From Amoebidium appalachense (lineage: Eukaryota; Protista; Ichthyosporea): a stretch of DNA of 64,000 bases. The notes beneath the pieces are model-generated. The model saw nothing but the letters and a program-made list of their open reading frames with translations. It ran no database searches and had not been told where the DNA came from. How positions within the stretch are numbered: position 1 is the stretch's first letter; every line of letters begins with the position of its first letter. Both the position numbers and the translations under genes were made by a program. Of the stretch, positions 50,689 to 64,000 are shown one piece after another. The stretch covers positions 13,425,615 to 13,489,614 of the forward strand of contig CAVNZM010000002.1 in assembly GCA_963693365.1 (NCBI GenBank), written 5' to 3'.

Positions 50689-50902
50689 AAAGATGTGGTT
50701 GGGGGGAGGGGGGAGAGGGGGAGGGGGTCAGGTGGTGTAAGGCCAACACTTCCATAAACTTCAACATGTAGTAGTGGCCGTTTGTTGTATACTTGGGCAC
50801 TGCATCTATGGCGGGACTTTCGATGTAGACTTTAATGTTGTGCTTGTGTGTGTCTGCTAAAAGCATATATCCGTGCCCATGCTTGCTTGCATGCATGTGT
50901 GA

Positions 50903-50976
<74 letters not shown>

Positions 50977-51288
50977 CCTCTTGCAAGTACACACAAGCTA
51001 TATTATTCATAGATCTACGCAGGCTTGTATCAGTCCAGCTCTTTATGTGGGTAACATGCGCCTAGCAACGCGGTGGGTACGGGGTACAAGGAGGATAAGG
51101 GTAGCAATTCCTCTTGATCCATATGCCATCCCATGGGGGGATCCCCTTGTACACGAAGGGGTTGGGGGGAATGGAAAACAGGGCGGGGGGAGGAGCCTTT
51201 GGAGTGGGTAGATGATGATAGGAGGAGAGGAGGATAGGAGGAGAGGGACGGGGAGAGGAGAAGGGCGAGGCTGTGTGTGTGTGTGTGT

Positions 51289-51329
<41 letters not shown>

Positions 51330-51769
51330 GCACACCGCCCGAGCTATGCCTGTGTGCATGCGTGTGCTACGTGTGCGTGTGTGTATGTGCGTCCTGTGTG
51401 TGTGCCTGCGTGCATACTTGCACGTGTGCGTGTCCGATTGTATGCATTTGTGTGTGGCCGCGTGTTGTGTGTTTGTGTACATGCATGGGCAGTAAGAGTG
51501 TCCGTGTGTCTCTGCAAGTGCCCTTTCCTTGTTCAATTATGCGTGTGTACGAGTTTAGACATGCGTGCGCGCAGTCGCGTGTGTAAAATGGTCCTTGCAT
51601 ATGCGCTCCTCTGTGAGTTAACGTGCCAAGCCTGTGTGCTTACATAATCCAGAAAGGATGCATCACTGCTCTTGTACGTGTGTGTCTCCAACCGCTTCAG
51701 CATTTCTGGCGTCAAAAGGGCCGTGGCCCTTTGGGCCTGTGCCAGCAGTTTCTGTTCGTAACTGGACAT
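43912..51769 (-). CDS. Choline/ethanolamine phosphotransferase (CEPT1/CHPT1 family, CDP-alcohol phosphotransferase), ~400 aa, 9 coding exons
   Basis: Exons 51769-51644, 50548-50405, 50112-50022, 48772-48708, 48068-47938, 46826-46653, 46064-45963, 45146-44998, 44132-43912 (1203 nt). Motifs: [91 protein letters not shown]. Probable 5'UTR intron with a donor near 51917. Confidence 0.94.
48097..48335. repeat. 20-21-bp minisatellite, ~11 copies
   Basis: Units aaacagta(a)cctg(g/t)tgtatgc in CEPT intron 4, close to the acceptor. Confidence 0.9.
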
Positions 51770-52094
51770 CCTTACGCGTGCCTCCGTGCAGACACCTCTC
51801 TGTTATCCCACCTGTCAGCATACCTTTCTCTATTCCCCCTCCCCCTCCCCCTCTCCCTCCCTCCCCTCCAGTCAGCCTCTCCCCACTCCCACGCCCTAAC
51901 TCCCATCACGCACATACCTGGAGTATGTTGTGGGGCCGTGTGCCCGCCCCTTAGGCACTGCACCTAGCTACTAAATAGCAGGCGGGGTGGTGGTCCGGTA
52001 CGTTCGAAAGTCCTTCGAGTTGTGTTTGCGGAGATTGCGGACTGTCCGGCCCGCGGCGCTTTTTGCTGCTTTTGGTGCAAACGAGCTTCTTCGT

Positions 52095-52155
52095 GCTGAT
52101 TGGTTGAAAATGCACCACAGCGACACAGCTATTGGCTGTTTATCAGCCAATGGCA
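52095..52155. promoter_or_regulatory. CCAAT-box cluster upstream of the CEPT gene
   Basis: ATTGG at 52099 and 52131 and CCAAT at 52147, in a CpG-rich stretch just upstream of the 5'UTR exon. Confidence 0.45.
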
Positions 52156-52874
52156 AGTGCTATGCTTGCAGCATGTTACGTTTTTTGCTTTTGCTTTTTT
52201 CTTGACGAGCTGTCGACAAGTCGCCAGAGCTGTTCTACGAGACTACAAATCTACCCTAGAAAAGACTACGATTGCTTTACTTGTTACAAAGAAGAAAATA
52301 CAGATATCCTTATGTACAGAGACATTTGCGAAAATGGCACCTTCTTCGTGCCTTCGCACTTAGGACTGTTGTGCTTCACTCTACAAATACAACAAAAGAT
52401 CCAGCAATACACTTTGTACCAGTCACTTCGTGCACACACAAACATCACATCGTCTTCTTTTAGCTAAAGGCTGGTATTCCCATTTCGGTCCCATATTCAT
52501 GCATACAGCATTCATTGAGTGACTAGACACTGGCTTCCCAAGCCAGCTTCATATCTAGACCTTAAAAAATCCAATTATCCCATGACATCCCTCCTCCCCC
52601 ACCCCTCATCTCCTCCACTACCACCACCACGGCCACCATTATCCCCGCCCCCTCCTCCTCCCCCCTCCCCCCCCCCCCCCCCTGCCTTCCACACATACAC
52701 ACACCTTTTCAAACGCACACCTGCTTGTGCACGTGCTTCGTACACACACACACTCACATCGAGAGAGATACGAACACATACGTACACAGACACAGAGAAA
52801 CACCCACACTGGTACGCCCATGCGCACATGCAACCTATTGCAGACCTCCGCCCATCCACAGCTACGCACGAGTC

Positions 52875-61453
<8,579 letters not shown>

Positions 61454-61599
61454 TTCCGTGCCCAACATATCAACCCAATGCAGCTGTGAGGTGCCCACAA
61501 AGATGTAGAGGTTATATGCTTTCGTGGGTGGCAGTCAGTGTAGCAGTCTATGTGCGCGCATGCGTCCCGGCCCACCTCCCTTTGGAAAATGACAAGTGC

Positions 61600-61670
61600 C
61601 ACGTTCGCGCCAAAATCGGAACTGTGACCAATCAGATGTAGTGGACAGGTTTGCGCAATCATGACGTCAT
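61600..61670. promoter_or_regulatory. Putative promoter of the orphan gene: E2F site, CCAAT box and CRE palindrome
   Basis: TTCGCGCCAAAA at 61604-61615, CCAAT at 61628 and TGACGTCA at 61662, about 150-210 bp upstream of the predicted ATG at 61453. Confidence 0.5.
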
Positions 61671-62516
61671 CAACTGATTTTCTGAGGTGACATGTTGGCT
61701 GGCAATGCTGGTCGTGATCCATTCAGCACCTGTAGAAGTGTGTGCGTGTGCACGTGTGTGTGTGTGTGTGTGTGTGATACGCGCGTGTGTGTGCACGTGC
61801 GTGTACGTGCATGTCTGCAGTGCGTGCGTGCGTGCGTGCGTGTGCGTGTGTGCGTGTGTTTGAGAGGTGGGGGAGAAGAAGGGGGGGGGGGGGGGGGGGG
61901 AGGGGGGCGGCTCCCGGTGCAAAGGTAAGTGCGTCCATGGGTACCGTGTGTGACTGTTTGTGTGTGTATGGGCGAGGGGGGGGGGGAGAAGGGGGCGGCC
62001 AGGGGGGGGGGGGGGGGGGGGGGGGGGAGGGAGGCTGAGGAGGGGGAGGGGGGGAGACTCTTATTATGGGGATCATTGCATTTCATTGCTTCCTCCGGCC
62101 AATCCGGCAACACGACTTGTGTGTGCCCTGTTGGAATATACAACACCAATATCACTATTATTATTAATATGTATATTCTACTAGTGCTAGTTCGTTGTCT
62201 GTCTGCTTGTTTAGCGAGTGTGAATATGCGCTCCGCAATCCGATCTTGTGGTGAGCAGTTACGTAGGGGTTTACGCTGTTTACTCGAGGCAAAGAGAGAC
62301 CAGTCTCAGGTATGGGGGGTTTTTGCTCGGAATATCCCCTCAGCGGTATATCATGATCACGTACATAGATGTCGGGTGATGACTATATATATCAGGGTTT
62401 ACTTTCTCTACGAGACACCATAAAGACTAAGAGAAATCAATTAGTTGGGGTTCCCCGTTTTTTTTTTTTTTGTTTTTTTTGGGGGGGGGGGGCTCCCCTG
62501 GGACACTCGGTATCAG

Positions 62517-62597
<81 letters not shown>

Positions 62598-62634
62598 TCT
62601 GTGTGTGTGTGTGTGTGCGCGCGCGCGCGTGCGC

Positions 62635-63880
62635 TTAGAATTTTGTAGTGATGTGTTTCTCAAGCCAATCTATACATCTAATAAACAGGTTGTAGTTACG
62701 CGTGTTTAGTATAAAATCAAGGATGTTGTAATATACAGGTAGGCTATCTTTCTGGGTGTCTGTTGTGAATGTGACGTATATGTGTTGCGGTATTATGTGG
62801 TCTATCAAACTACGTTTGGCGATACATGACCGTTTAAACTGGTGTGTGTGTGTGTTGTTTGGGCATGCAAACGATGCCACCTTATACTTATTAGATCTCC
62901 ACTGTATGGCACGTGTACAGTAAAAGCGTGGTAATTGATCAATAATACCATCAGTTAGAGAAAGGCCAGTTCTACAGGAAGGTAATATGTATTTCAAGTG
63001 TTGTACATTTGCGAGTGCCATATTTGGCAAATGGTTGAGGCGGTCAGTATATATAAAACGAGACATAAGGTTTAGTTTTTCAAGGTGTCTGCTTTCATCC
63101 GGTCTAGTGTCGTGTGGTATCTTTTTCCATTTGTTATATTGCGTGATTATCTTGTGATTGTGTACATGTTTAATAAGTAAGTGGCAGTCCAAAGTCACAC
63201 ACACACTTTTGCGGGGTTTATTTGTATTTGTGCCCAGGGGAGAAGGGGGGAGAAAGGGAAGGAAAGAGGGGAGAGGTGAGGAGGGGACAGGTCGGATAGA
63301 GAAGAGAGGGTGGGAGGGCAAATACTTCTTTACGCGGCTTATGTGCTTATTGAATTTCAGCGCGAGATAGGATACTCTAGCAGCTATTGGGACCAGACCA
63401 TATATCGAGAGCGTTACAGGCCCAGGTTTACAACAGTTGTTAGATAGAAAGGAAGCAACTTCTGCTTCAAGGAAATTTGCCAAGGGTTTAAGCGCTCTAG
63501 TTCTCTCTTTCTTGATCCAAGCGGCGAGAAGGGGTGAACCATATTCACATGCCGGGAACACATAAGTGCGAATAAATGTAAGTCTAATAGAAGGATGGAG
63601 GGGTGTGTCTTTAAAAAGTTAGCCGAGAAGAAAGCTAACCGCTTACGAGCCAACTCTACCCTCTTTTCGACCATATGGGAAAACATAACACCAGCAGAAT
63701 TAACCGGAACACCAAGATATTTGTATTCTGGAACTATAGGTACAGGTTTAGATGATAATGTAAATGTGTGTAAATTGTTAGCTATATCAGGTACAAGAAC
63801 ACCACATTTGTCTATGTTAAGGATTACAAGGTTTGCCTTGCACCACTACAGTTACGTAATAGCTGGATGGCTCACTGCCG
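62635..63880 (-). mobile_element. 5'-truncated, frameshifted non-LTR retrotransposon (LINE): end of the RT domain, thumb and C-terminal region
   Basis: Minus-strand translation gives WCKANLVILNIDKC..VPEYKYLGV..ARKRL, then after a frameshift RLTFIRTYVFPACEYGSPLL (ORF 63561-62635). These match the W..N...LN..K, YKYLG and P..EYG motifs of LINE ORF2. The region is intronless and AT-richer than the host genes. Confidence 0.85.
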
Positions 63881-64000
63881 TTTGATTGGTTCGGAGCGCA
63901 CCGCCTGCAGTCCTGTCTGGATGGGACTAGGGCTCGGTTAGCTGTGTGCTCAACCCGATATATTTTCCCGAGAGCACAATTGGTTGTCACAACCGTGTTG

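Overview
Eukaryotic, intron-rich nuclear DNA. The animal-type BARD1 and the PRPSAP-like protein point to an opisthokont, possibly a unicellular holozoan; this is inference, and the organism cannot be identified from the sequence. Nearly all ORFs in the supplied track are artefacts of (GT/CA)n and poly-G/poly-C tracts that fill almost every intron. Splicing by hand gives eight genes: an MFS sugar porter (-, runs off the left edge), a PRPP-synthetase-associated (PRPSAP/Prs1-like) protein (+), an inositol polyphosphate multikinase (-), a ~912-aa TM-SMP-C1-C2-(degenerate DH)-PH protein (+), an Nhp6/HMGB protein (-), BARD1 (+), a choline/ethanolamine phosphotransferase (-) and a large orphan with an NLS and a PIP-box-like motif (-). 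The window also holds several MITEs, minisatellites, a perfect (GCAC)116 array and a decayed LINE whose 3' end runs into a (CA)n tract. The main points of interest are the SMP lipid-transfer/pseudo-RhoGEF fusion, repeated duplications of exon/5'-splice-site junctions inside introns, several GC-AG introns, and an E2F+CCAAT motif shared by BARD1 and the orphan. Exon coordinates were read by eye and may be off by a few bases.
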